38,029 nucleotides of DNA, taken from the sequence record SRR20825019_250; one strand, 5' to 3'. Below the pieces are notes generated by a model. The model ran no database searches. It saw nothing but the letters and a program-made list of their open reading frames with translations, and was not told the origin of the DNA. Both the position numbers and the translations under genes were made by a program. Within the stretch, counting starts at the first letter, position 1. Each line of letters opens with the position of its first letter. This document shows, piece by piece, positions 9,321 to 18,291 of the stretch.

Positions 9321-9656
9321 ATGCCTTATCTTAATATCCGTACCAACCAGGAAGTCAAAGACGAAGCGAATTTACTCAAAGTCGCCAGCGAGACTGTATC
9401 CCGCGCTTCCGGCAAACCGGAAACCTATGTCATGGTGACCGTAGATCAGCAAAAACCGATGCTATTCGGCGGCAGTGATGCACCCACCGCGATTCTCGAC
9501 TATCGATCGCTGGGGCTGCCCGGTGACAGGCAGGGCCTTTCCGATACCTTATGTTCGATGATCAACGAGCAGCTCGGTATCGATGGCAGTCGGATTTATA
9601 TCAGCATGACTGATTCAGAGCGTCAGAACTGGGGCTGGAATCACAGTACATTCTGA
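9321..9656 (+). CDS. MIF / phenylpyruvate tautomerase family protein
   Basis: N-terminal Met-Pro (catalytic Pro1), GKPETYVMV, MLFGGS..P.A, RIYI and WGWN.STF motifs; SD AAGGAG. Confidence 0.92.
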   Translation: MPYLNIRTNQEVKDEANLLKVASETVSRASGKPETYVMVTVDQQKPMLFGGSDAPTAILDYRSLGLPGDRQGLSDTLCSMINEQLGIDGSRIYISMTDSERQNWGWNHSTF

Positions 9657-9683
9657 CCAGTTAACAGTCTTACCATTTTTATC

Positions 9684-9714
9684 GGCACCGCCGGCTTCCG
9701 GCGGTGCCCTTTTT
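9684..9714 (+). terminator. Terminator-like hairpin between the MIF gene and proS
   Basis: GGCACCGCCGG-CTT-CCGGCGGTGCC 11-bp stem followed by CTTTTT. Confidence 0.7.
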
Positions 9715-9738
9715 GCAACACAGGAATAACAACAAGCA

Positions 9739-11448
9739 ATGCGTGCCTCTAACCTGCTCATTTCCACCCTCAAAGAAACACCGGCCGATGCCGAGATTGT
9801 CAGCCACCAGCTGATGCTGCGTGCCGGCCTGATTCGCCGGCTGGCTTCCGGGCTTTATACCTGGCTGCCGATGGGGCTCAGAATTCTCAGAAAAACCGAA
9901 GCCATCATCCGCGAGGAAATGAACAACAGTGGTGCCCAGGAAGTGCTGATGCCGTCAGTGCAACCCGCTGAACTCTGGCAGGAAACGGAGCGCTGGCAAA
10001 AATATGGTCCGGAATTGCTGCGACTTGTCGACCGTCACCAGCGTGATTTTTGTTACGGCCCGACGCATGAAGAAGTCATCACCGATTTGGTCCGCCAGGA
10101 AATCCGCAGTTATAAGCAGCTGCCGGTCAATTTTTATCAGATTCAAACCAAGTTCCGTGACGAAATCCGTCCCCGTTTCGGTCTGATGCGAGCCCGCGAG
10201 TTCCTGATGAAAGACGCCTATTCCTTCCATCTGGATCAGGCCTCACTGCAAGAGACTTATGATGAGATGTACGCTGCCTATTCACGTATTTTCAGCCGAA
10301 TCGGTCTTGATTTCCGTGCAGTACAGGCCGACACCGGCAGTATCGGCGGCAACGCCTCACATGAGTTTCATGTACTGGCGAGCTCTGGTGAAGATGCCAT
10401 TGCCTTCAGTGACAGCAGTGATTATGCCGCCAACGTCGAACTGGCAGAAGCCGTGGCCCCGGCGGGTGAACGTCCTGCCGCTTCCGAGACTATGGCAAAC
10501 GTTGACACGCCTCAGAAACACACCATCGAAGAAGTCAGCGAGTTTCTGAATAAGCCGGCCTCACAATGCCTGAAAACCCTGCTGGTTGAAGGTGCCGAAG
10601 AAGGCAGCGTGGTGGCACTGGTACTGCGCGGCGATCATGATCTCAATGAAATTAAAGCAGAGAAACATCCGCTGGTCGGCTCCCCCCTGACCTTTGCCAC
10701 ACCGGAACAGGTACTGGAAAGCTGCGGTGCCAATATCGGTTCTATCGGTCCGGTCGGTCTTGCTATCCCGGTCCTGGTCGACCATGCCGCTGCTTTTGTC
10801 AGTGACTTTGTCTGCGGTGCCAACGAAGATGAAAAACATCTGACCGGCGTCAACTGGGGCCGAGATCTGCCGGAACCACAAACGACCGATCTGCGTAATG
10901 TAGTGGCCGGTGACGCGAGCCCGGATGGCCAGGGCACACTGGAAATTGCCCGCGGCATTGAAGTTGGTCATATCTTCCAGTTGGGCGACAACTACAGCAG
11001 CAAAATGAACGCCGTGGTGCTAACTGAGTCCGGCAAATCCCAGATCATGACGATGGGCTGCTACGGTATCGGCGTCTCACGTGTGGTGGCTGCTGCGATT
11101 GAGCAGAACCACGATGATCGCGGCATTATCTGGCCTGAAGCCATCGCGCCTTTCCAGGTCGCTCTGGTACCGGTGAACGCCCACAAGTCAGTCAGGGTCA
11201 AAGAGAAAGCCGAAGAAATCTATCAGCAACTGACCGCAGCCGGTATTGATGTATTGTTTGATGATCGTGGTCTGCGTCCCGGCGTCGCCTTCGCAGATAT
11301 GGAACTGATGGGTATCCCTCATCGCCTGATCCTCGGTGAGCGCGGTCTCGATAACGGTCAAATAGAATACAAAAACCGTCGCAGCGGTGACGGCGAAGAG
11401 TTCCCGCTGGACGAGGTGGTCAGCGCGATTAAACAGAAACTGAGTTGA
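9739..11448 (+). CDS. proS: Proline--tRNA ligase (bacterial type with INS editing domain)
   Basis: [40 protein letters not shown] and MGCYGIG motifs; 569 aa. Confidence 0.98.
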   Translation: MRASNLLISTLKETPADAEIVSHQLMLRAGLIRRLASGLYTWLPMGLRILRKTEAIIREEMNNSGAQEVLMPSVQPAELWQETERWQKYGPELLRLVDRHQRDFCYGPTHEEVITDLVRQEIRSYKQLPVNFYQIQTKFRDEIRPRFGLMRAREFLMKDAYSFHLDQASLQETYDEMYAAYSRIFSRIGLDFRAVQADTGSIGGNASHEFHVLASSGEDAIAFSDSSDYAANVELAEAVAPAGERPAASETMANVDTPQKHTIEEVSEFLNKPASQCLKTLLVEGAEEGSVVALVLRGDHDLNEIKAEKHPLVGSPLTFATPEQVLESCGANIGSIGPVGLAIPVLVDHAAAFVSDFVCGANEDEKHLTGVNWGRDLPEPQTTDLRNVVAGDASPDGQGTLEIARGIEVGHIFQLGDNYSSKMNAVVLTESGKSQIMTMGCYGIGVSRVVAAAIEQNHDDRGIIWPEAIAPFQVALVPVNAHKSVRVKEKAEEIYQQLTAAGIDVLFDDRGLRPGVAFADMELMGIPHRLILGERGLDNGQIEYKNRRSGDGEEFPLDEVVSAIKQKLS

Positions 11449-11456
11449 ATCAGCCC

Positions 11457-12977
11457 ATGAGTTGCATCAAACAATCTGATCTCATTGATAGCGTCGCCGA
11501 CGCGCTGCAGTTTATCGCCTGCTATCACCCGAAAGATTTTATTCAGGCAATGAGCCGGGCCTATGAACGTGAGCAGTCTCCTGCGGCCCGTGATGCGATA
11601 GCTCAGATCCTGGTCAACTCAAGGATGTGCGCCGAAAACAATCGCCCTATCTGTCAGGATACGGGCATCGTTAATGTCTTTGTCAAAGTCGGCATGCAAG
11701 TGCAGTGGGATGCCGATATGAGTCTGGAAGACATGATTAATGAGGGGGTCAGACGAGCTTATCTCAACCCGGATAATGTGTTGCGAGCCTCCGTCGTCTC
11801 CGATCCACTGGGTAGCCGTCAGAATACCAAAGACAACACGCCTGCCGTGATTCATACCGAGCTTGTGCCCGGTGATACGGTCGAGATTCAGGTGGCTGCC
11901 AAAGGCGGCGGTAGTGAGAACAAAGCCAAATTCACTATTCTTAACCCGAGTGACAGCCTGGTTGACTGGGTACTCGACACCGTACCAAAAATGGGTGCCG
12001 GCTGGTGTCCGCCTGGCATGCTCGGCATCGGTGTCGGTGGTACTGCTGAAAAAGCCATGCTGATGGCCAAAGAATCTTTAATGCATCCTATCGATATTCA
12101 GGAATTGATTGACCGTGGTCCTGAAACCGCCGCTGAGAAGCTGCGCATCGAGTTGTATGAAAAGGTTAACAAACTCGGTATCGGTGCCCAGGGCCTCGGG
12201 GGGCTGACCACCGTACTGGATGTCAAAATCAGTGATTACCCGACCCATGCTGCTTCTCTGCCGGTCGCGATGATCCCCAACTGTGCTGCCAGCCGTCATA
12301 TTCATTTCACTCTTAATGGCAGTGGCCCGGCCGTATTCGAACCGCCCCGTCTGGATGACTGGCCGGATATTACCTGGGAAGCCGCAGAAAACACCCGCCA
12401 CGTTAATCTCGATACCGTGACACAGGCTGATATTGAACATTGGCAACCGGGCGAGACATTACTGCTCTCAGGTCACCTTTTAACCGGGCGTGATGCCGCA
12501 CATAAGAAAATCGCCGATATGCTCGCTCAGGGCCAGCCTTTGCCGCCAGGTCTGGACTTCCATAACCGCTTTATTTATTACGTCGGCCCCGTCGATCCTG
12601 TTGAAGGTGAAGTCGTCGGTCCTGCGGGCCCGACCACGGCAACACGGATGGACAAGTTCACCGAGATGATGCTGGGTGAAACCGGCCTGTTGGGCATGAT
12701 CGGGAAAGCTGAGCGCGGTGAAGCCACTATCGAGAGCATTAAAAAGCATCGCTCTGTCTACCTGATTGCCATTGGCGGCGCGGCTTATCTGGTGTCGAAA
12801 GCGATTAAGTCATCACGCATGATTGCCTTTGAAGAACTGGGGATGGAAGCGATTCGCGAGTTCTACGTTGAAAACATGCCGGTGACAGTGGCGGTCGACA
12901 GCCAGGGGGATTCGGTACATGAAACTGGCCCGAAACAATGGCGGATCAAGCTTGAAGGGCTTACAATCGACAGATAG
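11457..12977 (+). CDS. Class I (Fe-S) fumarate hydratase, fused alpha/beta
   Basis: RPICQDTG, KGGGSEN, GAGWCPP, GRDAAH and GPTTATRMD motifs. Alternative TTG start at 11445 overlaps the proS stop. Confidence 0.93.
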   Translation: MSCIKQSDLIDSVADALQFIACYHPKDFIQAMSRAYEREQSPAARDAIAQILVNSRMCAENNRPICQDTGIVNVFVKVGMQVQWDADMSLEDMINEGVRRAYLNPDNVLRASVVSDPLGSRQNTKDNTPAVIHTELVPGDTVEIQVAAKGGGSENKAKFTILNPSDSLVDWVLDTVPKMGAGWCPPGMLGIGVGGTAEKAMLMAKESLMHPIDIQELIDRGPETAAEKLRIELYEKVNKLGIGAQGLGGLTTVLDVKISDYPTHAASLPVAMIPNCAASRHIHFTLNGSGPAVFEPPRLDDWPDITWEAAENTRHVNLDTVTQADIEHWQPGETLLLSGHLLTGRDAAHKKIADMLAQGQPLPPGLDFHNRFIYYVGPVDPVEGEVVGPAGPTTATRMDKFTEMMLGETGLLGMIGKAERGEATIESIKKHRSVYLIAIGGAAYLVSKAIKSSRMIAFEELGMEAIREFYVENMPVTVAVDSQGDSVHETGPKQWRIKLEGLTIDR

Positions 12978-12998
12978 CCCCCTTGTATGGAGACAGCC

Positions 12999-13469
12999 AT
13001 GAGTTTTGCCATTCCGTTGCATCTTCTCGCCGCCGTGATATGGGTCGGGGGAATGTTTTTTGCCTATATGGTCCTGCGGCCTACTGCTGCCGGACTGTTA
13101 CCGCCCGAGCAACGCCTCCCACTCTGGAGTGAGGTATTCAAACTGTTTTTCGTCTGGGTCTGGATAGCAATCATCACATTACTTATAACCGGATTCTGGA
13201 TGATTCATCTGCTGGGCGGCATGGGCGGTGTTGACGGCGTCGGGGTGCATGTCCATATCATGCTTCTCACTGGCATATTTATGATGTTAATTTTCATGCA
13301 TGTGTTTTTTAATCCGTTCAAAAAGCTCAAATGGGCGGTTGCCGAGCATGACTGGATTACCGGCCGCAACGCGTTGACTCAAATCCGCAAACTGGTATTA
13401 CTTAACCTGCTGCTGGGTCTGGTGACTATCGTGATTGGCGCCTCAGGACGATACTGGCCTGTTGTATGA
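12999..13469 (+). CDS. CopD-like integral membrane protein
   Basis: HLLAAVIWVGGMFFAYMVLRP motif and about 4 TM segments. ATG 12999 follows SD GGAG; alternative start 12987. Confidence 0.8.
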   Translation: MSFAIPLHLLAAVIWVGGMFFAYMVLRPTAAGLLPPEQRLPLWSEVFKLFFVWVWIAIITLLITGFWMIHLLGGMGGVDGVGVHVHIMLLTGIFMMLIFMHVFFNPFKKLKWAVAEHDWITGRNALTQIRKLVLLNLLLGLVTIVIGASGRYWPVV

Positions 13470-14137
13470 AACTGATAAAGCTCTGTCCGCTGATTCTGCT
13501 GTCATTGCCTGTATTATTACAGGCAGAAACTATCAAGCGTATTCAGAATGCGGACGGTAGTATTGAGTTCAGCAATCTGGGCTCTACTTCAGGACAGCAA
13601 ACCGTCATATACAAATCCCAGACCGGGCAGGGTTTTGTCTTTTCCGACCAAAAACCCAAACACGGCAATTTTGAGATACTGAAATACAGTTGCTTTGCTT
13701 GTAACCCCGATTCGAAAATCAACTGGCATACGATCAGTCTGAACACGGCTTCCTATGCCACTGAGGTCAATCGTATTGCGATAAAATATGATATCGATCC
13801 GGCACTGGTACGGGCTGTGATTCATGCCGAGTCGGCATTTAATGCCAAAGCCCTGTCCAATAAGGGCGCTCAGGGACTGATGCAGTTAATGCCGGGCACA
13901 GCCAAAGACCTCGGTGTTGGCAATGCTTTTGATGCCAATCAGAATATTGAAGGCGGCGTGAAATATTTAGCCGGTCTGCTGAAACAGTTTGAAGGCGATA
14001 TCAAACTTGCCACCGCCGCTTATAATGCAGGCCCTAATGCTGTAAAAAAATATAACGGCATTCCACCCTATGCGGAGACTAAAGTCTATGTAGAACGCGT
14101 CGGCATTCTGCATCAGCGTTATCGAAATGAAGGTTAA
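13466..14137 (+). CDS. Lytic transglycosylase (SLT domain), exported
   Basis: AVIHAESAFN, GAQGLMQLMP, AAYNAG and PPYAET motifs; signal peptide; ATGA overlap with the upstream gene. Confidence 0.93.
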   Translation: MKLIKLCPLILLSLPVLLQAETIKRIQNADGSIEFSNLGSTSGQQTVIYKSQTGQGFVFSDQKPKHGNFEILKYSCFACNPDSKINWHTISLNTASYATEVNRIAIKYDIDPALVRAVIHAESAFNAKALSNKGAQGLMQLMPGTAKDLGVGNAFDANQNIEGGVKYLAGLLKQFEGDIKLATAAYNAGPNAVKKYNGIPPYAETKVYVERVGILHQRYRNEG

Positions 14138-14405
14138 AACCACCAAGAAATTATTGAACGAACATGATCTGCTCACGCATTCGACTATGCAGAAAGTGAG
14201 CTCTCATGTTCAGCGTCGCGATGGTGACTGGGTCATGAATACGGTGCTTGTCGAAGGTCAGGACATTCCCTTCAAATATAAGCGGCGCAAATTGTACAAG
14301 TCACTGAAAGGCGCCTGTGTTGATATGATCTATTATCCGGACACAGAGACCATCGCCGGCATGGACTTCCCATTTATGCGGGTAGTGAAAATCAACCTAT
14401 CCTGA
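14127..14405 (+). CDS. Hypothetical protein (92 aa, basic)
   Basis: Overlaps the end of slt by 11 bp and fills the gap to the next gene. Protein-like composition; no family recognised. Confidence 0.65.
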   Translation: MKVKTTKKLLNEHDLLTHSTMQKVSSHVQRRDGDWVMNTVLVEGQDIPFKYKRRKLYKSLKGACVDMIYYPDTETIAGMDFPFMRVVKINLS

Positions 14406-14921
14406 ATCGGGTACCTTCAGCGTCAGCTGCCCTTCCCGCTGGGTGATATCAAGATGCTTCATAAAACTCATTCCGAGTAACACCACATCATCGGGCATGT
14501 GAGGATTAATACTGGCCTGAATATTCTGCAGCGTGATCCCCCCCAACTTCACGGTATCCAGCCGGGTCTGGTAAACCGTGATAACGCCATTCGCAGTCGA
14601 TACCATACCTCTACTACCTTTCTTGAGACCGGCGGCTTCAGCTACCCCTTCAGGCACACTGACATGAGTCGCCCCCGTATCGAGTAGAAACTTTACCGGA
14701 TGGCCATTAATCAGACCGGGTGCCAGATAATGGCCGGCACGATTGCGTTCCAGTACCACCTCACCACTGACTGACTCGGAACTGAGCAAAGCGTGATTGG
14801 GATTATCGCGTTGCACAATCAGTCCATTGAAAAACAGCGTCAACGAGGCCATAAAAAACAGCCAGAAAAGAATCGTCAGTAATCTGCCGGAAAATATTTT
14901 GGGCGGTTCAGGTGCACTCAT
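14397..14921 (-). CDS. Retropepsin-like clan AA aspartic protease (TIGR02281 type), membrane anchored
   Basis: GHY, FLLDTGAT, TANG and LLGMSF motifs; N-terminal TM helix. Confidence 0.92.
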   Translation of the reverse strand: MSAPEPPKIFSGRLLTILFWLFFMASLTLFFNGLIVQRDNPNHALLSSESVSGEVVLERNRAGHYLAPGLINGHPVKFLLDTGATHVSVPEGVAEAAGLKKGSRGMVSTANGVITVYQTRLDTVKLGGITLQNIQASINPHMPDDVVLLGMSFMKHLDITQREGQLTLKVPDSG

Positions 14922-15035
14922 AAGCTTGATTTTAACGGTAATCAGCCATTAAGACACGCGCAAGTCAAAATGAATCCGGGACTATGATTCAGATTTAATT
15001 ACGTTAAAATGGCGCCATTCAATAAGGAGTGACTT

Positions 15036-15824
15036 ATCGCTACTATCAGTATTCTGGGCAGTGGCTGGCTGGGCAGACCGCTGGCAGCCCATCTGGCAGC
15101 GCAGCAGCACAAGATAAAACTGTCAACTCGCAGCCAGAATAAGCAGGCTGAATTAGAACAGGCCGGCTTTGACGCTTACCTTGTGGATATCGATCAGGAT
15201 GAACCGGTCAATGCTGATTTTCTCAGTGCAGATATCCTGATCATCAATATCACCTGTAAAAATATCGCGGGTTTCAGGCGTCTGATTACCGCTATCGAGC
15301 AGAGTAAAATCAGCAAAGTGCTGTTTGTCAGTTCGAGTTCGGTTTATCAGAACCTCAACCGTGAAGTGACAGAAGACGAAGGCGTCGAAAACCCGGACAG
15401 TCCGTTATTTCAGATAGAGCAATTGTTTCAGCAATCATCTGCCTTCAAAACGACCGTCCTGCGTTTTAGTGGGCTGGTCGGTCAGGGCCGCCATCCCGGT
15501 CGCTTTTTCCGCGGTGGCAAAACAATCAAACAGCCTGATGCGCCCATTAACCTCATTCACTTTGATGACTGTATCGGCATAATTGATGCGATTATCCATC
15601 AAAATGTATGGGGGGAAAAGTTTAATGGCTGCAGTGATACACACCCGAAAAAACGGCAGTTTTACCCGGATATGGCGAAGCTGGCTGGTTATCCATTGGC
15701 AGATTTTGCTGAGAATGACACACTGAATTATAAAATTGTCTCTAATCAGAAAATAAAACAACGTTTACAGTATCAACTTCAACATCCGGACTTGATGCAA
15801 CTGAATCAGGAGCATTATGAGTGA
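15036..15824 (+). CDS. NAD(P)-binding atypical SDR/epimerase (YeeZ-like), apparent non-canonical ATC start
   Basis: The frame is open 49 codons upstream of the track's GTG start and encodes the Rossmann motif ISILGSGWLG. It is bounded by in-frame TGA at 15030, with SD TAAGGAG 6 nt before ATC 15036. Downstream motifs SSSSVY and PINLIH..D. Confidence 0.85.
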   Translation: MATISILGSGWLGRPLAAHLAAQQHKIKLSTRSQNKQAELEQAGFDAYLVDIDQDEPVNADFLSADILIINITCKNIAGFRRLITAIEQSKISKVLFVSSSSVYQNLNREVTEDEGVENPDSPLFQIEQLFQQSSAFKTTVLRFSGLVGQGRHPGRFFRGGKTIKQPDAPINLIHFDDCIGIIDAIIHQNVWGEKFNGCSDTHPKKRQFYPDMAKLAGYPLADFAENDTLNYKIVSNQKIKQRLQYQLQHPDLMQLNQEHYE

Positions 15825-16281
15825 TTCATCGCTGTGTCCATGTAACAGTGGATTATTGTACAAAGAGTGCTGTCAGCCTCTACACCAGCACACACGCGTA
15901 GCTGAAGATGCCGAAAAATTGATGCGCTCACGCTACAGTGCCTATCACCTGGGCCTGGTTGACTATCTGCTGGAAACGCTGCACCCGTCCAAGCGCCACC
16001 CGGGTGAGCGGGAAGCGTTGCAGGAGAGTATTTCTCAGACTGAATGGCTGGGTCTGAAAATCATCGACCACAAGGAAGCCAATAATCTGGCCGAAGTCGA
16101 ATTTGTTGCTTTTTATGATGATGAGCCTCTCGGCCAGCTCCGTGAGCGCTCCCGCTTTACCCGTGAAGCCGGCCGCTGGTTTTATCATGACGGCTTATTC
16201 CTGCCGCCCTTAAAACTGGGCAGAAATGAAGTGTGCTTCTGCGGCAGTGGTAGAAAATTCAAGCAATGCCACGGTAGCTGA
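15817..16281 (+). CDS. ychJ: YchJ family SEC-C motif protein
   Basis: CPCNSG..Y..CC, LMRSRYSAY, VEFVA and ERSRF motifs; C-terminal GRNEVCFCGSGRKFKQCH. Confidence 0.92.
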   Translation: MSDSSLCPCNSGLLYKECCQPLHQHTRVAEDAEKLMRSRYSAYHLGLVDYLLETLHPSKRHPGEREALQESISQTEWLGLKIIDHKEANNLAEVEFVAFYDDEPLGQLRERSRFTREAGRWFYHDGLFLPPLKLGRNEVCFCGSGRKFKQCHGS

Positions 16282-18003
16282 TCAGGCGACTGCACCCAGA
16301 TAACGTTTACGCTTGCTGGCTTTTAACTGTTGCAGATCGACCATCACCAGACCGTCGATGCAGTGACCGAAGTCAGCATCGATATTGAAATCGATAAAGC
16401 GTACCCCGCCCTGTTCACACACATCTGCATACTGCTTGTAAAGCGTAGGTACGGTGACATTCATATGTGTCAGCTGCTCACGTAAAGCAACAAAATCCTC
16501 GTCGGCATCCTCACCGGTCAATGTCTGCCAGACCTGCTGTTTCAGCTCGCCATCAACACTGTATGGCACGCGGGCAGTGGCCAGTTTGTCAGCGTCGTTA
16601 AAGTAAAGCTGGTAGTAAGTGACAATCAGGGCCTTGGCGAAGTCGGGATAACTGTTGCTGAGACTGACCGGTCCGAACAAATAACGAATCTCCGGGTAAC
16701 GCTGCAGGTAGGCACCGATACCGTACCAGAGATAATCCAGACTTCGTCGGCCCCAGTATTTGGGGCTGACAAAACTGCGACCCAGCTCAATGCCCTGTTC
16801 AAAAAACGGCTGCATTTTCTCACTGTCATAGCTAAACAGCGACTCACTATAAATACCACGACTACCGTCCTGTAACTGAATGCGTTTTACCTCCCCCAGC
16901 CGATAGGCACCGGCGATTTCCAGTTCCTGCTCGTCCCACAGAACAAGATGACGGTAATCACGATCATAGCGATCCAGATCCCGGCGTTTACCGGTTCCTT
17001 CTCCAACCTGGCGGAAGGTCAGTTCTCGTAAACGGCCAATTTCATGCATCACTGCCGAGTCCGGTCGATAGTCAAACAGGTAGATTTTCTTGTTATCCGC
17101 TGTTTCGCCCAGCAACTCCGCGTTCTGTAATTCACGTTTGATAAATCGCCGTTCTATCGGGTGTGCAATCGTCTGTTCGGTTTTGAACAGCGGTTTTTTG
17201 CCTTTGGCCAGCCGGTAAAGATGACGACGCAGCAACTTGGCTTTTTCCGCTTTAACCAGCGGCAATTGTTCAATCTGTAAATAAGGGATGCTTTCACCGA
17301 TCCTCATGGTGATGTTCTTGAAGTGCTTGTTGAACATCTCATGAGCCAGCATCATGCCGGACAGCGGTTTATAGACCATGGAAGCGCTGTAGAACAACGA
17401 GGAATTTCGGGCACCCACATATATAGGCAGAATCGGTGCGTTGGTTTTTTTGGCAAAGTTCAGAAAACCGCTGTTCCATTTACCGTCACGGACACCGCCG
17501 GGACGGATTCTGGAGACTTCACCAGCCGGGAATACAATCACCGCTTCATCGTTATTGAGACTCTCAACGATACGCGCCACGCTGCTTTTCCGGGTCGATT
17601 TGGAGAGGTTATCCACTGGCAGGAAGAGGGACTCCAGCGCAGCAAAATTCATCAGCATATCGTTCGCAACGATTTTGACATCGCGTCTGACCTCACCGAC
17701 CAGCTTGAGCAAGGACAGCCCATCCAGGGCACCCAGCGGATGATTGGCGACAATCACAACCCGACCCGTCGCGGGAATATTAATCCGGTCACGATGGCTG
17801 ATGCTGTAGCTGAAGTTGAAGTAGTCCAGTACCTGGTCGATAAAATCAAAGCCCCGCAGATCCTGATGCAGTTCCAGGAAGCGGTTGACTTCGTTTTCAT
17901 GGGTAATTTTGCGTAAAAAGCCCAGTGTCGGCTTTTTTATCCAGGGACTGGTGTGTTGAAACCGGGGGAATATCTGTTGAACTGCCTGTTCAATATTGAG
18001 CAT
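16282..18003 (-). CDS. olsF: Bifunctional PlsC-acyltransferase + GNAT protein, OlsF-like ornithine/amino-acid lipid synthase
   Basis: N-terminal NHPLGALDG (HX4D) and FPAGEVSR. C-terminal EIGRLRELTFR, GEGTG..RDLD.YD, ELGRSFV and LWYGIG. Architecture matches OlsF; Pho box upstream. Confidence 0.8.
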   Translation of the reverse strand: MLNIEQAVQQIFPRFQHTSPWIKKPTLGFLRKITHENEVNRFLELHQDLRGFDFIDQVLDYFNFSYSISHRDRINIPATGRVVIVANHPLGALDGLSLLKLVGEVRRDVKIVANDMLMNFAALESLFLPVDNLSKSTRKSSVARIVESLNNDEAVIVFPAGEVSRIRPGGVRDGKWNSGFLNFAKKTNAPILPIYVGARNSSLFYSASMVYKPLSGMMLAHEMFNKHFKNITMRIGESIPYLQIEQLPLVKAEKAKLLRRHLYRLAKGKKPLFKTEQTIAHPIERRFIKRELQNAELLGETADNKKIYLFDYRPDSAVMHEIGRLRELTFRQVGEGTGKRRDLDRYDRDYRHLVLWDEQELEIAGAYRLGEVKRIQLQDGSRGIYSESLFSYDSEKMQPFFEQGIELGRSFVSPKYWGRRSLDYLWYGIGAYLQRYPEIRYLFGPVSLSNSYPDFAKALIVTYYQLYFNDADKLATARVPYSVDGELKQQVWQTLTGEDADEDFVALREQLTHMNVTVPTLYKQYADVCEQGGVRFIDFNIDADFGHCIDGLVMVDLQQLKASKRKRYLGAVA

Positions 18004-18034
18004 CGTTTCTCTCTGCGCCTGTCTATCGAAGGCA

Positions 18035-18090
18035 AGCTTAAAGTGATGCTGTTACCGCTTGATGGCAGTTTGATGACGCTTAGATGACAG
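18035..18090 (-). promoter_or_regulatory. PhoB-type promoter: four 11-bp-spaced Pho-box half sites plus -10
   Basis: Minus strand CTGTCATctaa-GCGTCATcaaa-CTGCCATcaag-CGGTAAC, then 10 nt, then TAAGCT. Confidence 0.85.
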
Positions 18091-18110
18091 CCCGACAAGA
18101 CGGACTCGAA

Positions 18111-18280
18111 TCAGTGAACGTCTGAATGGGAAAAGTACAGCGCCAGTGCAATAATGCCGATACCGCCGGCCTGTGCCAGCAGATCGATCGGACCATGGAA
18201 GTCGAAACTGAGAGGAGCATCAGCGCCACGAAACGCATGTTCCACAGCGCTTTTTCAAACCATTTTTCGACCGGGCTTCG
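18111..18280 (-). pseudogene. yqhA: Internally deleted YqhA/UPF0114-family gene remnant
   Basis: One frame reads VEKWFEKALWNMRFVALM (YqhA-like N-terminus). It joins out of frame near 18215 to LSFDFHGPIDLLAQAGGIGIIALALYFSHSDVH* (YqhA-like C-terminus). No intact start. Confidence 0.7.
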
Positions 18281-18291
18281 GTTTAAATCCC

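Noticed and set aside
14397-14921. Retropepsin-like protease as evidence of a retroelement
   Set aside because: A common chromosomal bacterial family; no reverse transcriptase, integrase or terminal repeats nearby
16279-16284. Abutting convergent stop codons of ychJ and olsF (TGATCA)
   Set aside because: Ordinary compact gene packing with no further structure
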